Virus record (IMG/VR): IMGVR_UViG_3300021077_000115
Span: 238,064 to 302,063 of that record
Origin: a virus
Reading direction: 5' to 3' (one strand)
DNA length: 64,000 bases
Part shown: piece after piece, positions 62,914 through 64,000 of the stretch
How the letters are laid out: each line of letters opens with the position of its first letter
Numbering within the stretch: position 1 is the stretch's first letter
The notes under the pieces: generated by a model
Told to the model about the DNA's origin: nothing
Databases searched by the model: none
What the model saw: the letters and a program-made list of their open reading frames with translations, nothing else
Position numbers and translations under genes: made by a program

Positions 62914-64000
62914 TTAGACAGTCCTTCCTGCAGCACCTTCGGTGGCCCTTAATACCAACCTTCCAGTAGCAGGATCTGTTGTATAGAAATAAACGCTTTC
63001 AGCATCGAAATATATATTGCTATTCACTGACTTAAATCTCATACTACCCTCAGACACTATATCAATGTTCTGTGGGGTATGAATCTTTATTCCCTGAGGA
63101 TCAATTCTAATCGTATGAAAACTTCCAGAGTTCCATACTCGGATGTCAATAGTTCCATCCCTGGCTTCATTATTGAAAGTGACTGATGGAAATCTGGAAT
63201 CATCAACAATGGTTGGGCCGCCAACCTGCATTAAAATATCACCATCCAATGTGGCGGCTAATGAACGATTGAACTTATCCCGCCCAACTGCTGCCACCAT
63301 CCCACCAGCACAATCTAACCACAAACTTTGGCGATCTGCGGTATTCGCTCCAATACTCACAGACAACATACCATCCAATGATATTGTTCCACTTCGGCCA
63401 CCAGCATTTGCCCCAGCGCCAGATACTATCAATTTAGAAGACACAACATCTGTAACCGGGGATACAAAGTTTATAAGACTGTTTTCATAGCCAGCGTTAC
63501 CAGAGGATGAATAAGGTTTATCTACCTTGTGGAGGAATAATACATTACTTATATCATGAAATCCTGTTCCGAGTTTTATGACGCTTCCATCTAGCCTATT
63601 TACTGGGGCTGCAAAGTTCTTGAGAGTATCTTCAGTGCTTACGAGAGATACAGCGCCTTTCCCGTGTGGTTCTAGTTGCAAATCTGTATTGTTGGTAACA
63701 TTATACAGAAGCTGACCACGATCCGTCTTATCTATAAACCCTTTGAGATTGGAAAAGTTTTCGTGGCGAACCAACACCGGAACATTACCCGTCTCACTTG
63801 AGGCTGGAACATTCCATTTGAATTGTCCTTCTTTATCTATATCAAAGAAGAACCTGCTACGATTACGAGCATAATCACTTACATCTGAATAATTAGGCAA
63901 ATCCAATCCAGGTTTTCTGGCATTGAGTTCGAAGTGATAAGCTATACTCTTTCGAAGTTGCGTTAGCAGGTTTGTAAATGCTACATTTTGATCATCTGAA
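62914..64000 (-). CDS. structural-module protein, probably 5'-partial. The frame stays open upstream of the first Met at 63906 to the window end.
   Basis: The minus-strand frame continues without a stop from 64000 through the Met at 63906 (...FELNARKPGLDLPNYSDVS...), so the true start is probably outside the window. Confidence 0.45.
   Translation of the reverse strand, partial: SDDQNVAFTNLLTQLRKSIAYHFELNARKPGLDLPNYSDVSDYARNRSRFFFDIDKEGQFKWNVPASSETGNVPVLVRHENFSNLKGFIDKTDRGQLLYNVTNNTDLQLEPHGKGAVSLVSTEDTLKNFAAPVNRLDGSVIKLGTGFHDISNVLFLHKVDKPYSSSGNAGYENSLINFVSPVTDVVSSKLIVSGAGANAGGRSGTISLDGMLSVSIGANTADRQSLWLDCAGGMVAAVGRDKFNRSLAATLDGDILMQVGGPTIVDDSRFPSVTFNNEARDGTIDIRVWNSGSFHTIRIDPQGIKIHTPQNIDIVSEGSMRFKSVNSNIYFDAESVYFYTTDPATGRLVLRATEGAAGRTV

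Noticed and set aside
1-64000. CRISPR array, rRNA genes, integrase or attachment sites
   Set aside because: I saw no regularly spaced direct repeats, no rRNA-like conserved blocks, and no tyrosine or serine recombinase motifs (R..H..R..Y or S-x-x-R) in any ORF.

Overview
This window reads as a 64 kb segment of a large, AT-rich (roughly 35-38% GC by eye) dsDNA phage-like genome, probably a jumbo or large tailed phage. Nearly every gene is on the minus strand, genes are tightly packed, and many start and stop codons overlap (ATGA, TAATG), which suggests long polycistronic transcripts. Four modules can be read from the sequence, plus two partial ORFs running off each window edge.
(1) 0-15 kb is an auxiliary block. 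It holds a free-standing LAGLIDADG homing endonuclease, a CCA-adding tRNA nucleotidyltransferase with an HD domain, GMP reductase (GuaC), GroES, a GT-B glycosyltransferase, a DUF4326 + NADAR + DEDD-exonuclease + beta-grasp cluster, an FAD oxidoreductase, an HExxH membrane protein, a structural protein with a triplicated 70-aa repeat, a GC-rich foreign-looking islet and methionine aminopeptidase.
(2) 15.7-28.4 kb is a replication and transcription block. It holds a class II ribonucleotide reductase (NrdJ) split by a LAGLIDADG intein, a sigma-70 family sigma factor, an FmdB zinc ribbon, a DnaB helicase, an AAA+ (DnaC-like) ATPase whose P-loop is split by a second intein, a UvsW/RAD25-like SF2 helicase and a tubulin/FtsZ-superfamily GTPase with unusual terminal extensions.
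(3) 28.4-45.3 kb is a roughly 17 kb glycan-biosynthesis island. It holds a catalytically degenerate RmlB-like SDR with a 5' gene stub next to it, GDP-L-fucose synthase, GT11 and GT10 fucosyltransferases, UDP-glucuronate decarboxylase (UDP-xylose synthase), several GT2 and GT4 glycosyltransferases, a possible GT9-like protein, an FkbM methyltransferase and a triplicated Zn-ribbon protein. A 44-aa lipoprotein gene follows the island.
(4) 45.5-64 kb is a virion/tail module. It holds 999-aa, 2265-aa, 1085-aa and 708-aa proteins that share a recurrent DGY tripeptide, a dockerin-like Ca-binding pair, a gp25/GpW-like baseplate protein and a protein rich in transmembrane helices.
I saw no rRNA, no CRISPR array and no confident tRNA.
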